In this document: positions 13,131 to 40,137 of the stretch, in pieces
Layout of the letters: each line of letters starts with the position of its first letter
How positions within the stretch are numbered: the first letter of the stretch is position 1
Origin: Tubiluchus corallicola
Lineage: Eukaryota; Animalia; Priapulida
DNA: 64,000 nt
Direction of reading: 5' to 3'
Assembly: GCA_030141605.1 (NCBI GenBank)
Contig: JAQGDQ010000512.1
Location: 94,929 to 158,928 of the forward strand
The notes under the pieces: model-generated
What the model was told of the DNA's origin: nothing
The model's database searches: none
Seen by the model: only the letters and a program-made list of their open reading frames with translations
Program-made: the position numbers and the translations under genes

Positions 13131-13499
13131 CACTCGTATCTCGGTTTGCCGGACCTCGGTTTTACGGATATAGGAAGAATCTGGACCGCTAAAAAGTCCC
13201 GCATACTACAACACAGTCCGTTGTTTCGTGAGCTGACCGCTAATTGGCAGGCCGTCACTTTGTTTACATCATTACATCAGTGCAACCAAACAGTGTGTAA
13301 CGACATGTGTATAACTTGCATGTCAGGCTCAGTCCGTACTAGATGTTTTTGAGATAATTAGGCAATTGATTCGACATTATCGCGAGTCTAATAATAACGC
13401 GGCTTCGACTGTATTAGCTTAATGTCGATAAATACGGACAATCTGCAAATTCGGAATGACGTCTCCCCCGCTTTTGTCCAGCAAACCGAGATACGAGTG
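13131..13499. mobile_element. MITE in the ATP6V0B 3' UTR region
   Basis: 24-bp TIR CACTCGTATCTCGGTTTGCCGGAC / GTCCAGCAAACCGAGATACGAGTG. Confidence 0.8.
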
Positions 13500-13729
13500 T
13501 AATTTAGTAAATAAATCCACATTGAAAATTAAATATACATTATCTTCCTTGTCATTTTCATTCCATTCATTCATTATCATTTATTTCAACGTTCATTATA
13601 GCACAATGTATTTCATTACAAAAACACATTGTGAAGTAGACGCATTGCGATAGAACTTGCTACGATAAAATGATCTTGTTACAAATTTCTGCTAAAAATA
13701 AAAAATGGCGACTGGTAACATGAACCCAT

Positions 13730-14100
13730 TGTAACAGTACCATAGATATGGTTTGTGTAGATCAAAGATCTCGGTGATTGCTTAAGAGTGTTCTGCATTC
13801 TAGACTGTCATGTTGCTCTGATCTTCTTTGTTTAAGTTCCTATTTAGTTTAATAAACACTACTCGAGTTCTGGTCCGCAAATGCGGGCGTGGGTTCGAAT
13901 CCCACTTCTGACACCATGTTACACATTACAATAACATTTGCAACCAGACAAATGCGTGCATAATAAGGTAGTATTTATTAAACTAATTAGGAACTTAAAC
14001 AAAGAAGATCATAGCAGCATGACAGTCTAGAATGCAGAACACTCTTAAGCAATCACCAAGATCTTTGATCTACACAGACCATATCTATGGTATTGTTACA
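13730..14100 (-). mobile_element. LTR-derived foldback element containing the 3' half of tRNA-Leu with CCA
   Basis: 133-bp inverted arms (13730-13862 and 13968-14100), TGT...ACA ends and TSD CCCAT. The tRNA-Leu-like segment 13861-13916 ends GGTTCGAATCCCACTTCTGACACCA. Confidence 0.85.
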
Positions 14101-14580
14101 CCCATTATTGTAATAAAAGTTAAAACTGCTATTGGTTAAGTTTTCTATTTATTGTTGTTAAAGTAATTTGGAAGTACTGGTTTAGTTGGTGTGGAATAGT
14201 GGATTTATCATACTACTAACACTTTATCATTTAGTACATTTGAAGTTGTTTATTTTGAAACTTTTTCCTCTGAAACAGTTGATAGTTACTACTTGTTACA
14301 TTATTGCCACCTTGCATGAATGTAACACAGTTATTTATGGCCTTGTGATTTTAGACAATGATAATCGTGGTGACAAAGTGTAGATGCAAATGTATTTAGT
14401 ATAGAAATGGCCTTGTGAATTTGTAAATAATTACGGTGCGCATGTGAATGAAGTACGATGCTGTTTTTGTTCTGCTAAATTGTTGAATTACTGTCTGTTC
14501 CTGCTGTTACGCCATTCTGCCCTACAAAGACAAACACCAGTAAATGTAAAATGGAAATTACGAGGAAATCCAGTATAAAG

Positions 14581-14978
14581 TGGGGTGAGCATTGAAACGT
14601 TCGAGTTCGAACATTCGAATGAGTTTTTTAGTTCGAACTCGATTCGAATCCAAAACTATAGATTCGAATAATTTAGCACTTCAATCACACATGTTCCTGA
14701 TCATTAAAACGATTGAAACATCATGCAGTTAACATAATTTAGTTGTTATTTCTGCGCACAACTTTAAGCAAATTACTAGTCGTTTTATTGCAGAACATAA
14801 TTTAGTGATACGCATGATCTTTGTAAGACTAATTTTTACTGGTGGTTCGAAAACTAGTTCGAAAATCTTTCGATCTCAATTCGAATTCGAAACACTGAAG
14901 TTCGGTTCGATTCGTATTCGAAAGTCACAAATTCGGTTCGATTCCAATTCGCTTTCTGGTAGAGAATGCTCACCCCTA
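14581..14978 (+). mobile_element. hAT MITE family A (TTCGAA-rich)
   Basis: TIR T(A)GGGGTGAGCAT and 8-bp TSD GTATAAAG. Confidence 0.9.
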
Positions 14979-15304
14979 GTATAAAGTTGAAATGTTTGAC
15001 CTGTTTACAGTCCTTGTTACGTCGTGTAAGGTGTAAACACAAAGGAAAGGGACCTGTTTGTTTGAATAAAATTAGAATTTTCAAAATTTTTATTCACTTG
15101 GCGATTCTTCACTTATTGCTGTTTTACACAGACTAAGTTAATGCCTCCAGCACAGTGGCGCCTGGTGTTAACGTAACTGTGAAACTGCAGCGCCCCTGTT
15201 TTCACTCAAAATTATCGATAGTATTCAATATGAGTCTTTTTTCTGTAGTTTTTTATTCATACTTGTACAGAAGTAGAGCGCGTGAGGGTAGTACTATTTG
15301 CTTC

Positions 15305-15630
15305 ACAGTCCAGCACAGTGGTATGTTTGGCTGTTGTGCACATGTCTGAGATAACACTGCACTGCTAGCATTTGCATCTAGGTAGAAAAAGTACTGTCGC
15401 TCACACAGTTTGACAGCCCAGCACAGCGGTGTGTTTGGCTGTTGTGCACATGTCTGAGATAACACTGCACTGCTAGCATTTGCATCTAGGTAGAAAAAGT
15501 ACTGTCGCTCACACAGTTTGACAGCCCAGCACAGTGGTGTGTTTGGCTGTTGTACACACGTGTCTGAGATAACACTGCACCGCTAGCATTTGCAGCTAGG
15601 TAGAAAAAGTACTGTCGCTCACACAGTTTG
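15305..15630. repeat. 108-bp tandem repeat x3
   Basis: CAGCACAG recurs at 15311, 15419 and 15527. Confidence 0.9.
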
Positions 15631-16037
15631 TTGTCAGTTGCTTAAAAAACCTGTACTGGCATATTCCTAACTGCGGCAACTTGGGTTATTCGTAAGCAAA
15701 AATTTTTTGTTTAGGATTTTATCAAGTTTATGTATAAATTTTCATACGCATTAAAATCATACACGTTTTTTTCATTTTACACGGTATTAAAACAATGGCT
15801 AAAAATTTCAGAAGCAGCACCCCACTAAGTTTAGCTATGAGTTGCCACTATCTCCAGCAGTATCTAATCATAATCTTTTCTGCATACAATGATAAACAGC
15901 AATAAGTGAATGGATACAGCAGTAGATTACATAGCGCTGCTTTTTGCCCTCGTACCAAAAACAGGAGATGCATTTACTGCTGACCTCAAGGTCTGTTTTC
16001 TATGAAAACAAGCATTATGAGCCGATACTGGTCATTA

Positions 16038-16365
16038 CAGTGAACCCTCGTTAAACTGTACTAATTGGGGGTGGGGTGGTCCGGTTTAGCTGATTGTCCG
16101 ATTTATCCGATATGTCTATATTATACAGGAATAATCACCTTAATAAGGCCTATATACATTGTACTATATACTGTGCACTATATACTATACTGTATATTAC
16201 TTTAAAATAGTTGACCAGTGAGGATAAAGAAATTATTGTACAGCTGGTAGGCCGTGTTGTGTTTAGCGCTCGGGCTCGGATGGAAATCGGTCAGTTTCCT
16301 TTACCATGGATGACGTCTTATCCGATATCCGGGCTAACGGGGTCCGGTTTAACGAGGGTCGACTG
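16038..16365. mobile_element. Tc1/mariner-pogo-type MITE (same family as 47256-47588)
   Basis: TA|CAGTGAACCCTCGTTAAAC...GTTTAACGAGGGTCGACTG|TA. Confidence 0.85.
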
Positions 16366-16812
16366 TATAGTAAAAAGAGGACTTATTGCTCAACACAGTG
16401 AGTGGAGAACCGAGTGGGTGGAACTGCATTTACCATTCTTTGTCTTTGTCGGGGCATTCTCAACTACTTTTACTACGAATCGGTCACAGCTTCCGTGGCT
16501 TTTACCGCTTGTGTTATTTTTTTAGAATGGCTAAAATTCCAAATTATAATATTTAGTTACTTGCTGCCTAGTTTGGTCAGTTCTAGGTCTTCTCTGAATT
16601 GTAACATAGCACTATTCGAATATGAAATGAAATGCTAAAGATTATGGCTTGTATATCCGTCTTGTTACCTGTACAATTACGTGCTGAAATAAGGTTTGTT
16701 CACGTCATACGTGTCATAGTACAATAGGTTCTGTGAATAAACATTCCATTTATTGTTAAAATTTTTGTGTATGTATTAATGTTTGTTTGCACTAAAGACT
16801 AAACTTAATGAA

Positions 16813-17265
16813 CCCTTTCAGCCCCAAATTATTTTTTTAATAAGAAAATTTTTTGGCTTGGTACTTTTGTTCAGTATGCCCATCTTGTTTACACATAATA
16901 ATTTTTTTCTACCTGTGCCCGTGTGCTAAATATAGCCTGTATCCCACGGGATACATTGAGATTCAATGGAAGCAAAAATGTGCTTCATTTTGCAACTGCT
17001 GATAATTTTTTAAAGTATTTAAGACATTTAGTATGCATGCTATGCTGATCTGTACAAAGTCGTCTCTAAAGTACTGTACCTTGCACAGTTTTTATGCTAT
17101 GTAGATTTTCTAGTTTGCCATTTTATCACTATTTTTAGTCTATTGTTATTGGCTTAAATCAAAACAACTATTAACAGATCAAATAACTGTCGGTTTTAAA
17201 ATTTTATTAATTTTAAAGGCAGAAAATATTCTCGTATCCCATGGGACACAACGGGTATGAAAGGG
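16813..17265. mobile_element. piggyBac-like MITE (copy of 6235-6689)
   Basis: High identity to 6235-6689; GAAAGGG|TTAA right end. Confidence 0.85.
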
Positions 17266-17519
17266 TTAAGGACAAGAATACCCGTAACTTAGCTAAATCT
17301 GTCTTGAAATTTTTTATCTCACATATATATATATATACTGCATTATTGTGCACGGAGGCTTTAGCAGCAACGCTGTAGGGCTGCTAATGCTAGCAATACG
17401 TATCGATAATTATCGATTATAGTATCAGTATGATTTGTTTTCATTGTTATCGTATAGACAGTATTCTGGGAATATCGTTATCGTATGGAATTTGGCACGT
17501 ATCGTTGCTTAACGCTTAC

Positions 17520-17919
17520 TAGGGGTGAGCATCAAACGTTCGAATCGAATTCGAATGCTCGTATTCGATTCGAACGAGTTTTTTTAGTTCGAACTCGATT
17601 CGAATCCAAAACTATAGATTCGAATAATTCAGCACTTCAATCACATATGTTCCTGATCACTAAAACGATTGAAACAACATGCAATTAGCGTAATTTAGCA
17701 GTGAATTCTGTCCACAAATTACTAGTCGTTTTATTGCAGAACAAAATCTAGTGATACACATGATCTTTAATAGACTAATTAGTAAGACTAATTTTTACTT
17801 GTGGTTCGAAAACTTGTTCGAAAATCGTTCAAACACTGAAGTTCGGTTCGATTCCAATTCGAAAGTCACAAATTCGGTTCGATTCGAATTCGCTTTCTGG
17901 TAGAGAATGCTCACCCCGA
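17520..17919 (+). mobile_element. hAT MITE family A
   Basis: TIRs and 8-bp TSD ACGCTTAC. Confidence 0.9.
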
Positions 17920-18131
17920 ACGCTTACCTTTATAAAACTTCTCCACTTTTCGTTTCTATTTATTTAGAGCAATTATCCAAAAAAGCGGATAGAGAAAATT
18001 ATTTAAAATTATAAGCCTGCCAGATGCCGAATTATTTTGAGAAAAACTGAAACCATTTGGCTTACAACCAGTTATTATCTCACAATTAGTCTTGACAGCT
18101 TCATTTAATTACATAAACAATCGCGCAGGTA

Positions 18132-31991
<13,860 letters not shown>

Positions 31992-33991
31992 AATGTTCTT
32001 TGCAAATTAAAACTGGAAAGAGTATACGCACCGTTCTTGCGAAGAATTTAAAATTCTGCGTTACGACTAACGCACGCGGCCACATGCTGTGCGACATGTA
32101 GGAACCGTGACCGTCGAACATTCGAATTCGAACATTCTATTCGAATGAATCAAATTCGATTCGGATAATTCACCAGTTCAATGCATACATTCTTTATCAT
32201 TATTTTAAACGTTTTTTATTATCAGCACTCAGTAGTATTCAGCTATGATTTCTGTTTGCAATTTTTAAACAAATTGCAAGTATTTCTAATGCAGAATAAT
32301 ACCAAGCAACACACCTGATCTCTGCAGACTAATTTTTTTTTATAAAAATTCCAAAGTTTTTTCCAAAATATAAAAGAAATGAGTAATAATAATAAAAATC
32401 AAATTATTACATTAATGTTTAGCTGAATCAGCCACTATTGAGGAGCTGTCATGTGTTCAATATTTTATGTACAAGTTGTCACACGCCCTGCAAATGTCAT
32501 GGTCATGGTTGGGGCAAGTAAACTGAGTGGCCTGAAATATTCATGAGACAGTGGGTACCTCAACAAACACATTGGAGTCAGGAGCCAAAACTAATCCAAT
32601 AATAGCATATTATTGAGCTCTATCCAGAATATAATCTTGTGAGACATAGATCACATTTAAGAATTTTGGTTTTGATCCTGATTTCTTTTAGCCTTCAGTC
32701 ATTATTCTATATGTTTGAGGTGTATTCATGAGGCTTCCAGACTAAACAATGAAAGCATGACAGTCTATCAAAAATTGATTCAGCAGTATTTTGGTAGGTA
32801 ATAAACTGTACTGTACCATTACTTATTCATCATTTTTGTGCCCCCCCCCCCCACCAGCAAGAGGCTACACACAGAGAGATTCTGCTTAGGTTTAATCGGT
32901 TTCCAACAGTCATTCCTGTAAGATTCAATTAAAATAATTACGTGGCATAAATGAAGGAACAAAAATTTTTATGCAAATTTTTGATAATTGTTCACTAGGC
33001 TAACAACGTCTGGCTGCATCTACTTCATAGTATGGATTTTACAATTTTCCTCCAAAAATAGTTTGGATAATGCCTCAGAAAATTGGGTGACAACATCATC
33101 CTAGTACTGCTGTAGTGATGATGGTTGTATGTTAGCAGTATTATAGCTGCCATTGATAAGACTATTTTTACCTTTATTCTTTTGTCAAGGTTGTCAGCAC
33201 TTGTTGCTACACTGTCATTGATGTTGGTGTTGTTGCCGAGGCTGCTGCTGATGTTTTTTTATTGTTCTTATCTCATCTCATTTTATCTTATCTCATTGCA
33301 CTTTAAGTCAAATGGCTAGCCTGTATACGTGACACGTGCTGTGCCTGCTCATACTCACAATAATTTCTCAAAATGTGTTGCATTATGTGATAAGATTATA
33401 CCACTTAGCACTTACAACTCCATTCAAGTTATTTTGAAAATAATTATAACATTCACCACATATCCTCTGAAAATTCCAAAAATTTGCAACTTTCTGAAAA
33501 AAATCAACATTATCTAAGTATAATATTGCACTTTCTGTTGTTGTTGTTGCCACCTCTGGAGCTGTTGTTGGCTATGCACAGCAAGTACTGGACTGCATCC
33601 TTGTTGTTGAGGTTGTTGTTCTTTGAAAATAATTTTTGCTTTGAGTTGAATTTTATTTTGCTTTACTTCAGTGTCATAGCGATATAGCTTCAGTGTCATC
33701 TCACTAATTACATACATCCATTGAAGGGTGGCTTGACTAGTTGACCTTCTTGGTCTTTCGCCATCCTATTTCCATTGTGATAATTAAACACATTTGCCTC
33801 AGTTATATAATGAATATGGAAATAAAATGCACGTTTGAATTTGAATTGAATACTTGCGATTACTTTTTTTTACTTTGAGTTGAAATGTATTTGCTATGTA
33901 AATTTTTTTGCTTTGAGTTCATTTTTGTTGTTTTTGTTTGGTATAACTTTTTACTCTAAATTAAATTCCATTTTGATTTGCTAGTGATAAC

Positions 33992-34396
33992 TAGGGGTGA
34001 GCATCGAACGCTCGAATTCGATTCGAACGAGTTTTTTAGTTCGAACTCGATTCGAATCCAAAACTGTAGATTGGAATAATTCAGCACTTCAATCACACAT
34101 GTTCTTTATCACTAAAACGATTGAAACATCATGCAATTTGCATACTTTAGCTGTGATTACTGCACACAATTTTAAAGAAATTACTAGTCGTTTTATTGCA
34201 GAACAAAATCTAGTGATATGCATGATCTTTGTAAGACTAATTTTTGCTGGTGGTTCGAAAACTTGTTCGAAAACCTTTCGATTTCAATTCGAATTCGGTT
34301 CGAATCGAAATATTGAAGTTCGGTTCAATTCGAATTCGAAAGTCACAAATTCGGTTCGATTCGAATTCCCTGTCTGGTAGAGAATGCTCACCCCTA
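33992..34396 (+). mobile_element. hAT MITE family A
   Basis: TIRs TAGGGGTGAGCAT and 8-bp TSD GTGATAAC. Confidence 0.92.
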
Positions 34397-36019
34397 GTGA
34401 TAACTTCTTTTTACTTTGAGATGAATTGCAATGCCTTATAAAACTATTGCTTTAACTTTATTTTTGTTGCCCTAGCTTGATATAAATTTTTGCTTCAAGT
34501 TGAATTCTGTTTTGCTTTGCTTGTGATAACTTCTTTTTACCTTGAGTAAAATTGCATTTAGCTTGATATAATCCTTATATTCTTTGACAATTTTTGTTTG
34601 CTTTGAAGAATTTGTTTGCTTTTTTGTTTTCATTTAATATGAGATGTATTTATTGATTTATTTTTCTATAGCACCTTGACATTACTCTTTCTGTTTTATC
34701 ATAAATTTATGCTTATATTATTATTATTATTCAAAATGTAACCTCGTATTCATTTTTTTCCAGTCTTCAAAAAATTTGACTAGATTAAGTATACCCGATA
34801 CCATTTCTGCTACTTAGTACATAATTTAATACAAAATTTATTTTTAATACTGTAATGTTTTTTTATATAATAATCACCTAAAAAATTTCATACCCCTGTG
34901 AGTAAACGTTTATGTTTAATAAGGGGCAGCTGATCAAGCGACAAATACGTCTTTCGCTGCTTTTTCTCAGTTGCAATGAAATGTCAAAAAATCATATCAA
35001 ATTTTGAATACTATTGAGAAAATAAAGATAAATTTAATTCTACAAAATTGAGTTGAATTAAAATTGATGCATGGTTTGCAGAAAATGTTTTTCGAAATCA
35101 AAGGCTGCTTTCTGCATCATTTTAGTCTGTTACTCACGACTCACGAGTAATTAAATTGGGTTACAATAATATTACTTGCTGTAGTCCTTTTTTGTTGTGT
35201 ATTTTGGCGAAAACAGCAAGATTGTGGAAGTGCAGTCAACTTTTCTATCAAGTCTCAGGAAAACCAATATTCTCAGTACGACGAGGCGTTAAATGGGAGA
35301 ACCCAGTTATATAGTGAGTAAATTTGTTTTTTCACAAAACTAAAATTTTCTTTTCAAAGCAAAACTGACGTGTATTATAAAGGCGATTAGCTAGCAAAAA
35401 TAAGAAAAACTGTTAAGTTGTTAAGGCTGAATCAGTTGGATAGCAGGTAAGGGTAGAATAGTAGTACTGTCACGGTGTAGTGCATGATATGCAGAATAAA
35501 GTAGACACGGCAATTTAGCCAGTGTCGAGGTTGGGTACGATACGGTGTGAAACACCAGATGGTAAGGTTTGCATTACGGTACAATATTTTTCTTTGACTT
35601 ATGGACTATGTTGCAGTACCATTTAGTGATGTTTCCTTTTAAAGACGCAATATCAAGAATGCGGGTAATGAAAGCGCGGAGTTCCCGTTGCCTTTATGTG
35701 GCTTTCTAATAGTTATTTTTGTCAACATGGACACCAACATGCATTTATTTTCATTGATCATTTAACTTGATTAATTATTAAATAATATTGATCATTTAAC
35801 ATCTGTAGCTCCTTGCTTAAAGCAAAACCAAAGCCAACCTTGAACTGAAGGTCAAAATAACTCTACTCTTTAAAATATTGTTTTAATGGGTACAGTAACA
35901 GTAAGGAAACATACTGTTTTTGATAAAATGACTTAAGTAAAAAACGTATTACTGTACAACACAATTTCGCATTCGCGCCACTAGTTCTTCGGTGTTACAT
36001 CACATTTCTCCATTCGCTA

Positions 36020-36356
36020 GTTAGTACATGTAAGCACAGCGGTAAATTTGAAATCTGAATGTTTATCTTTAAATTTGCCAAGTTCTAGTACACACACAGA
36101 ATATTTTACAGTAGTGCTGTACTTCAGTCTTCGCTTTCGCCAATATGTGTAACACGCTCGTGGAATGTTCTTGCTGTTAAAAATTATGTTAATTTGTGAT
36201 GTCATCGATAGTTGGGCTCGTCCGCCGTTAGTTAAGTTTTTAATCCATTATTTAATTATCAGAAACGCTTTTGCAGTATTAATTGTGTTAAAATGTATAC
36301 TTTTTATCGGACTAAAAATGGAGTAGTATATGAAAAATCATCCTGTTTTCCTTTAA
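36020..36356 (-). mobile_element. Old Kolobok-like element end
   Basis: Ends AAAATCATCCTGTTTTCCT|TTAA; inverted homology to 39813-40130. Confidence 0.6.
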
Positions 36357-36603
36357 TATTGAACTGTATCTTACTTTCATCAAGTGGTAACCAATTGTAA
36401 TGATGAAAACGGATGCAAAGACTGTTTCTCTTGCAATAACGGTGATTTAGACAAATCACTTTATTATCAGAACCAGATTTGGTCAGTCTTACCTACAACT
36501 TTATGCTAATAATGCTAATAACAGTGAAACTACAGTTTAGTCTTCACAATACTATGTATTTGGTACAGGTTTCAGTAGTAGTTTTTCAATTTGTTATAGA
36601 AAC

Positions 36604-39600
36604 ATGTGGAATGTTCAAGATTGGTATTATCGTGGCGAGGGTAACGCGAACATTGTCTTCGCACACAAAACTGATGACATAGTTCTCCGTCTAGCTAAAT
36701 GTCCCGTTTCGGCATACGACTGCATTTTTTCTCGCGCAACAACGTTTACGTCAAAACAAGTATCTTCAGAATTGTTTACTAATTATGGTGCCTATAGTAA
36801 CCGTGATGCTGAATTAAGCAGAAACGATCTTAGCAAAGTTTCCGCTAATTGTTTTTACCAAGATGATGAAGACAACTTGGAATCTGAAATTAAGAAAGAT
36901 TTAGAGGACATCAAGACATCTCTTTGTTTCGCTAGATGCGTTATGTGCCCTCTTTTGGGTTCACGATATGTGGATGCCGGCAGATTGGTCCATGTTCCAA
37001 AACAGTTTGTTTGCCACATAGGGGAGTTCACCAAATCTGAGCGACCAAACAGCAGACAACACAAAACGGTGGTTCCTGCGGATCAAGTTGGCGTGATCAT
37101 GCCGGACTTTTGCCAGATTGCACCCCACAGCGTTAGCAGTTACACGCCTGGAGACCATCTGTCGACTACGGTCTGTGTTGAAATCAAACCCAAGCAAGGC
37201 TTTATTGAATCAAAATTTTCTGCCACACAGCAGTCAACCGTCTGCCGCTTCTGCATGTTCCAACATGTCAAACTAAAAAAAGGTGCAATTTCAGCTCTGT
37301 CGTCTTACTGTCCTCTAGATTTATTCTCCGGAAGCTACAAGCGAACGAAGCTCGCGCTTACGGCTTTGTTTGCAAGCCCCCAAAACAATCTGCGAATATT
37401 CGCTAACGGAAACGAAGTCTTTGGCGTGTCCTCTAACTGCGACGTAGAAAAATTTCAATCATTTTTGAAGAAAACTCTCTTTGCTGATCCTACGATGCCC
37501 TTGGAATCCGGTTCAACTCTATTAGACAGGCTGAGTGATTTAATAATCAAAGTTTTATGGCGAAGTTCTCGTACGTCCAAGAGTGGTAGTGCTAAACTGA
37601 ATCCAGACACAGACGTCACAAATAAAAACAAGTCCAAGTTGCCAGGAGGGTGTGTGCTAGAAAGAATCCTTAAAGTTCAGAAATTGGGTGATTCTGATTT
37701 GTCACTTTTGCTGCGACAGTACGAGTCACTGAAAGCACTTGACAAGTACGTAAGTAAAGAACTAGTAATAATGTAAACTTTTTGTGCAATATTAGTAAGA
37801 ATAATCCAAAACTTAGAAAGATAGTTATTCAGACTATGCAATTATCTTTTGAGCAGTGACTGAGAGAAATGTATTTCTTGAATGGTTTGGCATAAAACGG
37901 GGTGAAATACGCTTTGGCCAAATGGTACATGTATTGTTTGGCTGCCAATACAGGGGTTCTGGGTTCGAATTCAACTTATGTCAAGATGTTCCACTCAAAC
38001 AGCACACTGTGGCAACCTGCCTAGATCTACTCCTATATAACCGAGTGCCTGTGACCATCTACTGGACGAAGAAAGGTGACCGAGCAATGGATTAACCACC
38101 CGTACTCCTTACAAATATAGAGCGCCATCTGTCCTTTTGTGTGGAACAAATGTTCTTATTATTATTATCAAAACTACCAGTAGACGGTTTCTTTGCCTTG
38201 AAGAAATTTTTTCACTTTTTATTTATGGGAACAAGAACAAATATTAGAGTGCCTGCATAATTTTTCCTTTAAAGTTTAAATGAGCTTTTTTATGCATTTG
38301 TTAGACCATAACATCTAAAATATGTAGCTGGTATCGGTATTTGCATTTTTTTGTATCGTACGTTACGATTTATCGGCGACGAACAGTACCTGTGACTGAT
38401 TCTGAATTGTTTATTGTAGATTTGAATTCTATCAGTTACTTACTGTATAGATTTTTCTGCGGAATGTATAATGTAAACCGTAATCAACTGAAGCCTTACA
38501 CATGTAACAGCACCATACCTTTGCATGACCTTATCCTACACTGCAGTGCCATCTATCCATCAAAATACGCAGCGACAGTATTCACTATAATACATCACAC
38601 AATCAACCTCGGGTATAAGGTACTCGTTTATAAGGGACACTTGCTTATAAGAAACCACCAACACCGGTCGCGATTTTTTGTAACGTTTTTCCTAAGCAAA
38701 AATCTTCGTATATAAGGTACTCGAATGTAAGGGACTTTCGGTTATAACGGACGATATCTTCAGGTCCCACTTAATAGAAACCCAAGTAAATTACCTCGCA
38801 TGTAAGGGACCCTATGATCAAAGCGAAATTGATCAATTTTTAACCTCAATTTTTCACAAACTCGGCCTTCGAACAGCTCGGTTTCTGCAGTCACATACGT
38901 CTCGCATCACTGAAGGAGCTTCCTACATACTGTTTGCACTGATTGCGTAGCAAAAAATCCACAAAAATATGGGTACAGTTCTAAATACACCCTCAGTCTG
39001 ACTCAACTTCGGCCATAAGGGACATCGGATATAAGGGGCGGTTTTTTCCGGTGCCAAGGTTTCCCTTATATCTGAGGTTGACTGTACATGAATTTGCTGT
39101 TACCACATTGGCAACTGCAGCAGGTGCGTGTTGGTATACGCTTGCTTGACACTTATTTTCTGTGTCACATTTGCTGAACGCACTGAAACATATAATTCCT
39201 GTTTTCAATGGTTGTTCCATTCTTCAGAAAACCTTGCCACGTTTCGGGGGACTATGCATCACCGTGCTGGCAGTCGATGGTGCAATCTGGGACGTCGGAT
39301 CCTAACGATTACCCGCACGTTCCGGAAGCTCCCGATTCTTCTTGCACGCCGGTGACGTCGTGCAACGACTTGAAGCGATATCTCGTTGCCAAGACTGCAA
39401 TGGACTGCACAATCATGATATCCCTTAAACCTGTGAATGATGATTACAGTAATCGTCTGCCTCTCGGAGATCTCGGCATTGAACACAAGGACGACAATCA
39501 TGTGATAGATGTCTGTGATAAAGCTTTTCTATTTTCTGCAAAAATCGTAGATTTAGATCCAAAAGACTGTGATAAGATGGAATATTATTGCAAGCAGGAA

Positions 39601-39672
39601 GCGGAAATGTTAGCTGTGTATGCTGCTGCTAGCAAAAGTAAAGATTTTATAAGAAAGTACTGCTCGCCTTAA
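36604..39672 (+). CDS. IPPK: Inositol-pentakisphosphate 2-kinase, copy 1; exons 36604-37745 and 39228-39672 (528 aa)
   Basis: Motifs YRGEGNANIV, VEIKPKQGF, CRFCMFQ, YCPLDLFSG, QNNLRIF, TAMDCTIMI and VDLDPK. Phase-2 GT-AG intron. Confidence 0.92.
37913..38168 (+). mobile_element. Degenerate tRNA-derived SINE in the IPPK copy 1 intron
   Basis: A-box-like TGGCCAAATGG, B box GGTTCGAATTC and a (TTA)n tail. Confidence 0.5.
38600..39084 (+). mobile_element. Tc1/mariner-pogo-type MITE (same family as 55207-55708 and 62176-62656)
   Basis: CAxTCAACCTC...GAGGTTGACTG|TA; three homologous copies in the window. Confidence 0.85.
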
Positions 39673-39812
39673 CTCACGTTTTCATGCTATTTTAATGAAT
39701 ATTTTGCATTTTTAATTAGGCATAATTTAATTTATCAATAAGTATTATTATTTTGAATAACCGCCATAATAAAATTTTTGCCACACTGTAGACTTCCTTG
39801 TTTGAATTTAGA

Positions 39813-40130
39813 TTAAAGGAAAACTGGCTGATTTTTCATATCCATTTTGAAGTACGGTAATGCATTTTAAGATCTATAATAATGTCGATGCGCTTGTGGT
39901 AATTAAATATAATAGATTTTAAACTTAATGATGGACAGGTCCAGTTAGTGATGATATAATTTTCAACAGTACAAACATTCCACGAGTTTGTTGCATGCAC
40001 TTGTGAAAATGAAAAGTGCAGTACCGTGCCATTGTACGTACATCATTCTGTGCGATATAAACAAAATATGGACAATTTGAAGTTTAAACATTTAAATTTC
40101 AAGTTTGCATACGTGCCTAATGCATGACCT
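39813..40130 (+). mobile_element. Old Kolobok-like element end (interrupted by a hAT insertion)
   Basis: TTAA|AGGAAAACTGGCTGATTTTTCATA; similar sequence at ~62740-63080. Confidence 0.6.
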
Positions 40131-40137
40131 CTCTAAC

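Noticed and set aside
13861-13916. Functional tRNA-Leu gene
   Set aside because: The 5' half (acceptor stem 5' strand, D arm, A box) is missing and CCA is encoded, so it is an RT-derived copy.
32115-32165. Heat-shock elements in TTCGAA-rich sequence near the MRPS22 start and in family A MITEs
   Set aside because: Spacing does not give three alternating nGAAn units; better explained as transposon subterminal repeats.
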